Numbered from the stretch's first letter, positions 28,797 through 37,303 are shown. The stretch: DNA of 64,000 nt from Acidimicrobiia bacterium (GCA_016871275.1 VFZG01000001.1:42334-106333), one strand, 5' to 3'. Notes: generated from the letters alone by a model not told the origin. Program-made: numbers and translations.

Positions 28797-29098
28797 ACCC
28801 CTCGCGCCCGCCCCGCCTCGTCGTGGATCGTGTTTGCGGCCGCGATTGGCTGCGTGAGCGGCCTGCTGGTGATGGCTACGATGGTCGTGATTATCCCGTC
28901 GGGCGTCGCGATTGTCACCGAGCCGTTACTCTCGGCCGCTTCTGCGAAGGTCGAGGTCGAACCCACCACCAGGGAAGAAGCCACGCCGGCAACGCGCCGC
29001 GGGACACGCCGCATCTTCACTTCGCGATTGTCAAGATGACCGGCGGGAAGAAGTGGTGGCAGGGAACCGCGATCGACCCTTACTCGGCCCTGAGGTAG
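28797..29098 (+). pseudogene. Probable remnant of a membrane-anchored M23/LytM peptidase (TM segment + C-terminal tail, frame change near 28980)
   Basis: Frame 0 (28830..): VFAAAIGCVSGLLVMATMVVIIPSG is TM-like, with codon-position GC of 62/48/78 %. A different frame (28982..29098) encodes HAGNAPRDTPHLHFAIVKMTGGKKWWQGTAIDPYSALR, the typical end of the M23 domain. The HxxxD motif and the rest of the domain are absent. Confidence 0.35.
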
Positions 29099-30072
29099 GT
29101 GGCGCGCGTCTCTTCGAGGCTCTCGAGGATCCGGGCCGCGAAGGCTGCGGGCGCGATGACCTTCGCCGCCGGCCCGAAGCCCATCACCCACGCCTGCAGC
29201 TCCCAGTCAATCACCACATCCATCGTCAGGCGAAGGCGTCCGCCGGGCAGGTCATCGATCGTCTGCGAGGCATGAAACTCGCGCTCGCGCACGTAGGGCG
29301 CCTCGGCCGCGGTGAACTCGATCACCACGCGCTCGGGTGTGCCGGAGAAGGCACCGAGTGAGTGCGCGAACACGTCGGGTGCGGATTCAACGGGGTTGAA
29401 TCCGTCTTCGAGCCCAACAGCCTGCTCGATGCGCTGCGCGGCGAACGTGCGCATTTCGCGGTACTCGGGCACAAACGCCTGCAGGTACAAGCCGCCCTGC
29501 GCGTAAGCCAGGCGATATGGCTCAACGATGTAGTCCTTGACCTGCTGGCTGGAGAAGGAGTGATAACGCAGGCGCACGCGGCGACGGCCCAGGATGGCCT
29601 GCATCAACCTATCGATGGCCTTTGCCGAGCCAGCGGCGCGAGGGCGGGACGCGTGCTCCTTGGCGCCCATCGCATCGGGAAGGCTCTCGATGAACTTCCA
29701 CATGGGCGGCGGCAGCGCATCATAGAGCTTGTCGAACGCCGAGGCCAGGCTGTCGCGGAACGGCCCGCCCGCCACGGCGGTCAGCACCGTCCGGCTCAGA
29801 TGCAGCGCGCAGAGTTCGGAGAGTGAGAAACCTGCCGCGGCCACGCCGCGGAAAACTTCCCGATTGAGGACAAACACGGTTTTCCCGTCCCGTTTTGAGG
29901 TCTCAATAGGGAAGCCGGCCTGCGCCAGGGCGTCGAAATCGCGGCGGATGGTCCGTTCGCCGACACCATCCCCGGCTTCCTGCTGGGCCTCCGACAGCGT
30001 CAGGCCGCGGGAGCGGCCCTCCAAAGCCAGCAAAATGCGCCATTGCCGTACGATTTCAGTGTGTCTCTCCAT
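29080..30072 (-). CDS. HTH-WYL-WCX transcriptional regulator (PafBC-like architecture)
   Basis: Starts at ATG 30072 (MERHTEIVRQWRILLALE..., HTH). WYL domain RVRLRYHSFSSQQVKDYIVEPYRLAYAQGGLYLQAFVPEYREMRTFAAQRI, followed by a C-terminal extension domain. The upstream 124 codons of the track ORF have low GC3. Confidence 0.85.
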   Translation of the reverse strand: MERHTEIVRQWRILLALEGRSRGLTLSEAQQEAGDGVGERTIRRDFDALAQAGFPIETSKRDGKTVFVLNREVFRGVAAAGFSLSELCALHLSRTVLTAVAGGPFRDSLASAFDKLYDALPPPMWKFIESLPDAMGAKEHASRPRAAGSAKAIDRLMQAILGRRRVRLRYHSFSSQQVKDYIVEPYRLAYAQGGLYLQAFVPEYREMRTFAAQRIEQAVGLEDGFNPVESAPDVFAHSLGAFSGTPERVVIEFTAAEAPYVREREFHASQTIDDLPGGRLRLTMDVVIDWELQAWVMGFGPAAKVIAPAAFAARILESLEETRATYLRAE

Positions 30073-30199
30073 TGATCGGCGCCTGCCGTGCCGTTGCCGG
30101 ACGACGGAGTCAGGGAACCCCATAGTACGGCACAACGTATGCAAAGGTGTGCAGTCGAGTGTAGTTCCAGGGAACCTGACGCCGCGGCAGCCCGAATGA

Positions 30200-30228
30200 C
30201 CTGACCTGTCAGGGGCGCCGCGTAAGGT
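30200..30228 (+). promoter_or_regulatory. Palindrome plus RecA-NDp-like promoter upstream of the small Cys4 ORF
   Basis: CCTGAC-CT-GTCAGG at 30200..30213. TGTCAGGG-N8-TAAGGT at 30207..30228. The -10 ends 6 nt before ATG 30235. Confidence 0.35.
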
Positions 30229-30234
30229 GACGTT

Positions 30235-30492
30235 ATGACGATTCGCCTCCGATTTCGCCGTCCTGCACCCGTCGCTCGTAGGGCCTGCAAGCACTGTGAG
30301 TACCGCCGTAGGCTGTTCCGCCAGGAAGGCATCCTGAAGTGGGACCCGTACTATGCGCTCTGCTACAAGTGCTACCAGCGCTATTTCAACCGCGCGCAGG
30401 GCGAACCGGCATCGCCGGTTGCAGCGGCCAGTGCCGCTGATCACCGTCGTAGAACACCCGCTCTAGAAACAGGCCTGATGCCGGCGCGGTAA
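30235..30492 (+). CDS. Hypothetical Arg-rich Cys4 (zinc-ribbon-like) micro-protein
   Basis: 85 aa: ...RRACKHCEYRRRLFRQEGILKWDPYYALCYKCYQRYFNR.... Codon-position GC over the first 55 codons is 56/49/76 %. The tail overlaps the 3' end of truA antisense by 107 nt. Confidence 0.4.
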   Translation: MTIRLRFRRPAPVARRACKHCEYRRRLFRQEGILKWDPYYALCYKCYQRYFNRAQGEPASPVAAASAADHRRRTPALETGLMPAR

Positions 30493-31159
30493 GCCGCGCC
30501 GCATCGACGGTCCACACCTCGCCGGGGTCGAGCTGTCCTTTGCCGACCTCGACGAGCACGCCGACCATGCGGCGCACCATCTTCCAGATGAAGTGTGAGC
30601 CGCCGACGCGCACGAGGATCAGGTCGCCGTCCTCGCCAATCGTCACCTCCTCCACCAGGACCTCGGTGGACTTCTCGTCGGGATCGTCGTCGCTGAACGA
30701 CTGGAAGTCGTGCATCCCGCTCAAGCGCGCCGCGGCGTCCTTCATGCGCTCGAGGTCCAGCGCTTCTTTCACCCACCAGACAAACGGCTTCGCGAACGCG
30801 CTGCGCCTCCGAGAAATCTGGTAGATGTAGCTCCGCGCCACCGCGCCGTGACGCGCGTGGAAGCGGTGGGGCACAGAATCCACCGCCAACACGTGGATGT
30901 CGGCCGGCAAGGCGTCGTTGAGACCGCGCCGGAGGCTTTCCGCGGGGAGAGGGTTGCGCACGTCGAGGTGCGCGACCTGCCGGAGTGCGTGCACGCCGGC
31001 ATCGGTGCGGCCCGATCCCATGCACTCGAACGTCTGGTCGTGGGTCAGCTCGCCGATGGCGCGTTCGAGTTCGCCCTGCACGGTGCGGGCGTTCTTCTGC
31101 TTCTGCCAGCCGCTGTAGCGCGTTCCCGCATACTCAATCGTCAGTTTGTAGCGAGGCAC
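30386..31159 (-). CDS. truA: tRNA pseudouridine(38-40) synthase
   Basis: MPRYKLTIEYAGTRYSGWQKQ start and catalytic Asp motif GSGRTDAGVHAL. Confidence 0.95.
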   Translation of the reverse strand: MPRYKLTIEYAGTRYSGWQKQKNARTVQGELERAIGELTHDQTFECMGSGRTDAGVHALRQVAHLDVRNPLPAESLRRGLNDALPADIHVLAVDSVPHRFHARHGAVARSYIYQISRRRSAFAKPFVWWVKEALDLERMKDAAARLSGMHDFQSFSDDDPDEKSTEVLVEEVTIGEDGDLILVRVGGSHFIWKMVRRMVGVLVEVGKGQLDPGEVWTVDAARLTAPASGLFLERVFYDGDQRHWPLQPAMPVRPARG

Positions 31160-31207
31160 TCACCGTATGATAGTCGCGCGATGGGCGCGGACGCGCCTGG
31201 AGGAGAC

Positions 31208-31594
31208 ATGAGTCACAAACCTGTGCACGCCGCCCACCTTCCCAAGCCGGTCGGCCCCTATTCACCGGGCATGAACTTCGAGCGCCTGATCTTCGTGTCC
31301 GGGCAGGGCGCGACCGATCCCGCCACCGGCAGGCTGGCCGGGACGGATGTCGAAACACAGACGGAGCAGTGCCTGAAGAATCTGCAGGCCATCCTGAAAG
31401 CAGGCGGCTCGAACCTGCAGCACGTGTTGCGCTGCGGCGTGTTCCTGATCGACATGTCCGAGTTTCAGAGGATGAACGCCGTATACTCACGCATGTTCGG
31501 CGACCATCGCCCTGCGCGCACCACCATCGCCGCCGCGGCCCTGCCCGGGGACGGATTGAGGGTTGAAATCGACTGCATCGCGTACGTGCCATGA
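31208..31594 (+). CDS. ridA: RidA/YjgF family reactive-intermediate deaminase
   Basis: PKPVGPYSPG...IFVSGQG...RTTIAAAALPGDGLRVEIDCIA. ATG 31208 is preceded by GGAGA. Confidence 0.9.
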   Translation: MSHKPVHAAHLPKPVGPYSPGMNFERLIFVSGQGATDPATGRLAGTDVETQTEQCLKNLQAILKAGGSNLQHVLRCGVFLIDMSEFQRMNAVYSRMFGDHRPARTTIAAAALPGDGLRVEIDCIAYVP

Positions 31595-31668
31595 GAGGTG
31601 GCAGTTGGCAGTTGGTGCTGCGTGGTTTTTTTCTGGCAACTGGCAGCCGGACACCGGAAACTAGCACC

Positions 31669-33771
31669 ATGACCCACTCCACGCGCCGGACTGTCGTCGT
31701 TCTCGCGCTGCTGGCGGCGCTTCCCGTCGTCGGTCATGCGAATGAGGGGTTCTGGCCGTTCAATCGCATCCCGAAGGCCGCGATCAAGCAGGCGCTTGGC
31801 GTCGAACTCTCCGATCAGTGGATTCAGCGCGTGCAGCAGGCGTCGGTGCGCTTCCCGAGTGGATCCGGATCGTTCGTATCGCCGGACGGCCTGGTGCTCA
31901 CCAACCACCACGTCTCACTCGATCTCCTGCACAAGCTGAGCACGCCTCAGCGCGACCTCGCATCCCGCGGTTATCTGGCCGCCAATCGCGGCGAGGAGCT
32001 GCCGCTCAAGGATCTCGAGCTGATGTCGTTGCAGCGGATTGACGACGTCACGGCCAAGGTGAACGAGTCGGTGAAGCCGGGGATGTCGTCGGCCGAGACA
32101 CTGGCGGCGCGCCGCTCCGCGATTGCGGCGATCGAGAAGGACGCGCAGGACAAGACCGGCCTTGAAGCCGAAATGGTGACCCTTTTCCAGGGCGGGCAGT
32201 ATCACCTGTACCTCTACAAGAAGTTCACGGACGTGCGCCTGGTGTTCGCGCCGGAGTTCGACGCGGCGTTCTATGGCGGCGACCCGGACAACTTCACCTT
32301 CCCGCGCTACTGCCTGGACATGACGATCTGGCGCGTGTATGACGATGGCAAGCCATATCGCTCGGCCAGCTATCTGCCGTGGTCGACCACGGGCGTCCAG
32401 GAAGGCGACGCGGTGTTCACGTCCGGTCATCCGGGTGCCACGCAGCGCCTCAACACCGTGGCGCACCTGGAATTCCTGCGCGACAACGCGCTGCCGCTGT
32501 CGATCAATGCCTTCACGATGATCCGCGACTCGCTCGCAGCCTACTCGAAGCAGGGCGCCGAACAGGCACGCCAGGCCAACGACGATTTCTTCGGCGCCGA
32601 AAACTCGCTGAAGTCGTGGAAGGGACAGCTCGCCGGCCTCGAGGACGCCGCGACGATGAACAAGAAGCGCGCCGACGAGAAGGCGCTCCGCGACCGCGTG
32701 CATGCCGACGCCGACTTCGAGGCACAGTATGGCGATGCGTGGGACAAGGTCGCCACCGCTCGCGGCTCCTTGCCGCCATATAACTACGAACGCGTGGTGT
32801 TCGAACAGGGACTGGGCTTCTACACGCAGTACTTCACGCTGGCCCGCACCCTGGTGCGCTGGAGCGACGAGAGCGCCAAGCCGAACGGGCAGCGGCTGCC
32901 GGAGTATTCCGAAGCGCGCAAGGCCGCCATCGAACGCCAGCTGGCGTCGGAAGCGCCGATTCACGCCGGAGCCGAGCAAGCCAAGCTCGACGCGTCCCTG
33001 GCCGTGATGGTGAAGATGGTTGGCGCGGACCACCCGCTGGCCAGGCAGGTCCTCGCCGGCAAGACGCCGCCGGCGAGGGCCGCCGAGCTCGTCGCCGGCA
33101 CGAAGATGGGGGACCCGGCTACCCGAAAGGCGCTGCTGGCCGGCGGCAAGGCCGCGGTGGATGCATCCGCCGACACGTTCATCCAGCTGGCCCGGCTGGT
33201 CGACGCGCGCGCACGGGCACTGCGCACCAAATACGACAACGAAGTGCTCGGTGTGGAGCGTGACGCCTACGCCAAGATTGCGCAGTCGGTGTTTGCGACC
33301 CGGGGCGACGCCGCGTATCCCGACGGCACCTTCACGCTGCGGCTGTCGTTCGGGCAGATCAAGGGCTACATGGAGAACGGCAGGAACGTCACGCCGTTCA
33401 CCGAGCTTCGCGGCCTGTACGTGCGCGGCGACGAACACAAGCAGCAGCCGCCGTACAAGATCGCGGACTCCTGGCTGAAGGCGCGCGCGGTCGTGAAGCC
33501 GACGACGCCCTACAACTTCGTCAGCACCAACGACATTGTCGGGGGCAATAGCGGCTCGCCGACCATCAACGCGAAGGGCGAGATGGTCGGGCTGATCTTC
33601 GACGGCAACATCCAGTCGCTGCCGGGATACTTCATTTACGACGCGGCGGTGAATCGGGCGGTGTCGGTAGACTCACGTGGAATGCTCGAAGCGCTGCGCG
33701 TGGTCTACAAGGCCAACCGGCTGGCGGACGAACTGGTGGGCGGTGCGGCCGTCAAAGCCGCCGCACGCTGA
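31669..33771 (+). CDS. S46 family dipeptidyl-peptidase (DPP7/DPP11-like), exported
   Basis: Signal peptide MTHSTRRTVVVLALLAALPVVGHA, NEGFWPF start of the mature protein, LTNHHV (catalytic His) and GGNSGSP (catalytic Ser). Confidence 0.85.
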   Translation: MTHSTRRTVVVLALLAALPVVGHANEGFWPFNRIPKAAIKQALGVELSDQWIQRVQQASVRFPSGSGSFVSPDGLVLTNHHVSLDLLHKLSTPQRDLASRGYLAANRGEELPLKDLELMSLQRIDDVTAKVNESVKPGMSSAETLAARRSAIAAIEKDAQDKTGLEAEMVTLFQGGQYHLYLYKKFTDVRLVFAPEFDAAFYGGDPDNFTFPRYCLDMTIWRVYDDGKPYRSASYLPWSTTGVQEGDAVFTSGHPGATQRLNTVAHLEFLRDNALPLSINAFTMIRDSLAAYSKQGAEQARQANDDFFGAENSLKSWKGQLAGLEDAATMNKKRADEKALRDRVHADADFEAQYGDAWDKVATARGSLPPYNYERVVFEQGLGFYTQYFTLARTLVRWSDESAKPNGQRLPEYSEARKAAIERQLASEAPIHAGAEQAKLDASLAVMVKMVGADHPLARQVLAGKTPPARAAELVAGTKMGDPATRKALLAGGKAAVDASADTFIQLARLVDARARALRTKYDNEVLGVERDAYAKIAQSVFATRGDAAYPDGTFTLRLSFGQIKGYMENGRNVTPFTELRGLYVRGDEHKQQPPYKIADSWLKARAVVKPTTPYNFVSTNDIVGGNSGSPTINAKGEMVGLIFDGNIQSLPGYFIYDAAVNRAVSVDSRGMLEALRVVYKANRLADELVGGAAVKAAAR

Positions 33772-34938
33772 TTGCCCGCTCTCCCACGACCCATCCGGTT
33801 GCTCGGATGGGTCAGCCTGCTGACCGACGCGGCCACCGAAGCGGTCTATCCGCTGCTGCCGGTGTTCATCACTCAAGTCCTCGGGGGTCCGCCGATTGCC
33901 CTCGGCATTGTCGAAGGCGCGGCGGAGGCGACCAGCAGTGCGCTCAAGGTATTCGCCGGCCGGTGGTCCGATCGTCTCGGCGTTCGCAAACCGATCGTCG
34001 TCTTCGGCTACACGCTGTCGTCATTGATCCGACCGTTGATGGCGATCACCACCGGTTGGGGGCATGTCTTTGCGATTCGAGTGATCGACCGCATCGGCAA
34101 GGGCCTGCGCAGTTCGCCGCGCGACGCCATGCTCGCGGCCCTCGCGCCGCCAGGTGAGCGGGGCCGCGTGTTCGGCTATCACTGGGCGATGGATCACGCC
34201 GGCGCGGCGGTTGGACCGCTGCTGGCGGCAGTGGTGTTGTATCTCTCACCGGGGAATTACCGGCTGCTGTTCGCCTTGACGATCGTTCCCGGCCTGCTCG
34301 CGGTCGCGACGCTGCTGCGAGTCCCGGACACCGTGCCTGAGCCGCAACGCGTCCGAGCGGTGGACATGGCGACGGCGCCCCTGGGACGCCCGCTCAAGCA
34401 ATACCTTGGCATCCTCACGGTCTTCACGCTTGGCAACTCGTCCGACGCGTTTCTGTTGCTGCAGCTGTCGAACGCCGGCGTGCCGCTGGTTGGATTGACA
34501 CTGCTGTGGAGCGGCCAGCACGCACTCAAGGCGCTGATCACCATGCACGCGGGAATGTTGTCGGATCGCTTCGGACGGCGCACGCTGATCATCAGCGGCT
34601 GGATCGTCTACGCGAGTGTCTACACCGGATTTGCCGTGAGCGAGACCAGGGATGCGCTGATTGCCTGGTTCCTGTTCTACAGCACCTACGCCGCGGCCGT
34701 GGAGGGAAGCGAGAAAGCGCTGGTTGCCGATTTGACACCCGATCATCTGAGGGCGACGGCGTTCGGCTGGCACGCGGCGGTGCAGGGGATTGGCGCGCTG
34801 CTGGCGGGACTGTTGTTCGGCGGGTTGTGGCAGTTGTGGGGCGCGCCGGTCGCGTTCATGACCGGCGCGGCCCTGGCCCTGGTTGCGGCGCTACTTCTTG
34901 GTGTGTCCCACGACCTGCATGGCGGTGGTGATCATTGA
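33772..34938 (+). CDS. MFS transporter
   Basis: About 12 TM helices; GRWSDRLGVRKP and SDRFGRR MFS loop motifs. TTG start immediately after the S46 stop, so the start is uncertain. Confidence 0.8.
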   Translation: MPALPRPIRLLGWVSLLTDAATEAVYPLLPVFITQVLGGPPIALGIVEGAAEATSSALKVFAGRWSDRLGVRKPIVVFGYTLSSLIRPLMAITTGWGHVFAIRVIDRIGKGLRSSPRDAMLAALAPPGERGRVFGYHWAMDHAGAAVGPLLAAVVLYLSPGNYRLLFALTIVPGLLAVATLLRVPDTVPEPQRVRAVDMATAPLGRPLKQYLGILTVFTLGNSSDAFLLLQLSNAGVPLVGLTLLWSGQHALKALITMHAGMLSDRFGRRTLIISGWIVYASVYTGFAVSETRDALIAWFLFYSTYAAAVEGSEKALVADLTPDHLRATAFGWHAAVQGIGALLAGLLFGGLWQLWGAPVAFMTGAALALVAALLLGVSHDLHGGGDH

Positions 34939-35811
34939 CGCCACGTCGGCGACGTTCGACGGCAGGATGATGGTGTCGGCGTTGTTGATCACCTTGCCGA
35001 ACTCGCCAATGTACTGCTCGGCGACGCGCAGTTGGATGGCCTCAGCCCCGCCAGGGGCCTGGGTCGCCTCGGCGACACGCCTGATGCCTTCCGCGGTGGC
35101 GGTGGCCACCGCCAGGATCGCCGCCGCCTGGCCTTCGGCTTCGTTGATCTGCTGCTGCTTGCGCGCCTCCGACGCCTTGATGGTCTCCTGCTTCGCGCCT
35201 TCGGCATTGTTGATCGCCGCATCGCGCTGGCCTTCAGAGGTCAGGATGACGGCGCGCTTCTCACGCTCGGCACGCATCTGCTTTTCCATCGCGGCCAGCA
35301 CGTCAGCCGGCGGCGTGATGCTCTTCACCTCGTAGCGCAGCACCTTCACCCCCCACGGCTCGGTGGCCTTGTCGAGTTCGGCGACGACCGCGGTGTTGAT
35401 GTTGGTGCGCTCCTCGAACGTCTTGTCGAGATCGATCTTGCCGACCTCGCTCCGCAGCGTCGTCTGGGCCAGCTGCGAGATGGCAAAGATGTAGTCGGAG
35501 ATGCCGTACGACGTGCGTTCGGGATTGAGCACCTTGAGATAGAGCACGCCGTCGACCTGGACCTGCACATTGTCGCGCGTGATGCAGATTTGCGCCGGGA
35601 TATCCAGCGCCATCTCCTTGAGCGAGTGGCGATAGCGAATCACGTCCACGAACGGCACCAGGATGTGGAACCCGGCGTCCAGCGTGCCGGCATAGCGGCC
35701 CAGCCGCTCGACGACGAACGCGCTCTGCTGCGGAACGACGATGGCCGTCTTCCACAAGACCACCAGCACTACGAACGCCAGCAAACCGAATACGATCAGT
35801 CCGCCTTCCAT
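34891..35811 (-). CDS. SPFH/band 7 (stomatin-like) protein
   Basis: N-terminal TM helix, SPFH domain (VPQQSAFVVERLGRY...TRDNVQVQVDGVLYLKV) and a coiled-coil tail. Confidence 0.9.
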   Translation of the reverse strand: MEGGLIVFGLLAFVVLVVLWKTAIVVPQQSAFVVERLGRYAGTLDAGFHILVPFVDVIRYRHSLKEMALDIPAQICITRDNVQVQVDGVLYLKVLNPERTSYGISDYIFAISQLAQTTLRSEVGKIDLDKTFEERTNINTAVVAELDKATEPWGVKVLRYEVKSITPPADVLAAMEKQMRAEREKRAVILTSEGQRDAAINNAEGAKQETIKASEARKQQQINEAEGQAAAILAVATATAEGIRRVAEATQAPGGAEAIQLRVAEQYIGEFGKVINNADTIILPSNVADVASMITTAMQVVGHTKK

Positions 35812-35858
35812 GGAACTCCTTGTCGGGCCACCCGGCTGTCAGGCCGTCGGGCCATCAG

Positions 35859-36287
35859 CTATTCGGGAACAACCGTTAGCGTGAGACCGTCCACTGCCGC
35901 CACGCGCGCCCGCTGGCCCACGCTGAGCGTGACGTCGCTGGTGTTGCGCGCGCTCCATATCGAGCCGCGCACTTCGACCTTGCCCACCACACCGGGCGAC
36001 AACGACTCCTGCGGAATCGCCAGCACGCCGACCAGCGAGTCGACGTTTGGTGGCGGGGGCATCTGGATGCGGGCCTGCAAACGGCCCCGGAAGACGATCA
36101 CGTAAACCACGGAAAGCACGCTGAACCACAACAGCTCGATGCCGAGGCTGCTGATGACCTTCAGCGCCGCCAGCACGCCCACCGTCAGGGCGCCCAGGCC
36201 GAAGAAGATGATGAAGAAGCCGCTCGGCGTGACCAGTTCAGCCACGACCAGCGCCAGACCGACGGCAAGCCACAGCCACCATTCCAT
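35859..36287 (-). CDS. NfeD family membrane protein
   Basis: Three TM helices plus a C-terminal OB-fold (GKVEVRGSIWSARN), upstream of the stomatin gene. This is the classic NfeD-SPFH pair. Confidence 0.8.
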   Translation of the reverse strand: MEWWLWLAVGLALVVAELVTPSGFFIIFFGLGALTVGVLAALKVISSLGIELLWFSVLSVVYVIVFRGRLQARIQMPPPPNVDSLVGVLAIPQESLSPGVVGKVEVRGSIWSARNTSDVTLSVGQRARVAAVDGLTLTVVPE

Positions 36288-36380
36288 ATGCTTGAACTAT
36301 ACATGGATACGGTCCTGTTGGTGCAAGGGTTCAGGAGGTGCAACGGTTCTGGAGTGGGGTGAGATAACATCAATGGATCA

Positions 36381-37124
36381 ATGCCAGTTATTCTCGTAAC
36401 CAATGACGACGGAGTGACGTCGGAAGGTATTCATGCGCTCGCCGACGCCATGCGGCCGCTCGGCGAAGTGCTGGTCGTCGCGCCGCTGCAGGAGGCCAGC
36501 GCGATCGGCCACGCGCTGACGTTGCGCCGGCCGCTGCGGATCGAGCCGCTCCGCGACGGCGTCTACGGCGTCGACGGCACACCGACGGACTGCGTCAATC
36601 TGGCGTGCGCCATCCTGTTGAAGAACCGGCTGCCCGACCTGGTGGTCTCCGGCATCAACAAGGGCTGGAACCTTGGCGACGACATCACCTACTCGGGGAC
36701 GGTGTCTGGCGCGCTCGAGGGTGCGCTGCTCGGTTCGCCGGGCATCGCCGTATCGTTGAAGCGCAGCCGGAAGAACTACGACTTCGGCCCCTCGGCGGAC
36801 GCCGCCGCAACGGTCGCCGCCGCGGTGCTCGAGCAGGGCCTGCCGCCGCGGAGCTTCATCAACATCAACGTCCCGGGCGGCACGCCCAAGGGCGTGCGCA
36901 TTACGACGCAGGCCAAGCGCAATCACGTCACCAAGATCAGTTCGCGCACCGATCCCCGCGGCACTCCGTACTACTGGATCGAGGAAGCCCTGGACGAATA
37001 CCATCCCGACAGCGGGCGCTCGGATTACGAGGCGGTCAGAGCAGGGTATGTGTCGGTGACGCCGCTGCAGCCCGACATGACGGCCTATGACGCACTGGAG
37101 CGGTTGGCAGCGATTCTCGAGTAG
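36381..37124 (+). CDS. surE: 5'/3'-nucleotidase SurE
   Basis: MPVILVTNDDGVTSEGI start and GINKGWNLGDDITYSGTVSGA motif. Confidence 0.95.
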   Translation: MPVILVTNDDGVTSEGIHALADAMRPLGEVLVVAPLQEASAIGHALTLRRPLRIEPLRDGVYGVDGTPTDCVNLACAILLKNRLPDLVVSGINKGWNLGDDITYSGTVSGALEGALLGSPGIAVSLKRSRKNYDFGPSADAAATVAAAVLEQGLPPRSFININVPGGTPKGVRITTQAKRNHVTKISSRTDPRGTPYYWIEEALDEYHPDSGRSDYEAVRAGYVSVTPLQPDMTAYDALERLAAILE

Positions 37125-37211
37125 CCTCGCGCTTGTAGCGCCGGTGGTTGACCGTCAGACTCAACGCGAGATTAGGCGGTTTTGCGTCAATAAGGTAGAC
37201 TGAGGCCTTCG

Positions 37212-37288
37212 CGGGGCGTGGCTCAGCTTGGTAGAGCGCTCGGTTCGGGACCGAGAGGCCGCTGGTTCGAATCCAGTCGCCCCGACCA
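37212..37288 (+). tRNA. tRNA-Pro (anticodon CGG), CCA encoded
   Basis: Hand-folded cloverleaf: acceptor CGGGGCG/CGCCCCG, D stem GCTC/GAGC, anticodon stem CTCGG/CCGAG with loop TTCGGGA, T stem GCTGG/CCAGT with loop TTCGAAT; 77 nt. Confidence 0.9.
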
Positions 37289-37303
37289 CTATTCAAAGGC
37301 ACG

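Noticed and set aside
28793-29014. 73-aa minus-strand ORF (MRRVPRRVAGVASSLVVGSTSTFAEAAE...) downstream of the WYL gene as a small secreted protein.
   Set aside because: It shares its third codon position with plus frame 0. Position-specific GC is 48/62/78 % for this frame versus 62/48/78 % for the plus frame. The plus frame also has G-rich first positions, so the plus-strand TM-like reading is favoured.
29080-30444. Track ORF N-terminal extensions: WYL gene to 30444, rsmA to 8451, PQQ dehydrogenase to 41756, 709-aa heme protein to 43998, hydrolase from 27049, BNR protein from 46670, and others.
   Set aside because: The extensions are Arg-rich, have low GC3 where I counted, overlap neighbouring genes, and precede obvious family-typical N-termini or signal peptides with better starts.
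31597-31650. Sigma-54 promoter in the TGGCA-rich spacer.
   Set aside because: None of the TGGCA copies is followed by TTGC at the required GG-N10-GC spacing.
31591-31668. S46 peptidase starting at ATG 31591, which would give an ATGA overlap with ridA.
   Set aside because: The 26 extra codons have GC3 of only about 54 % and include a T7 run. ATG 31669 gives a textbook signal peptide (MTHSTRRTVVVLALLAALPVVGHA).
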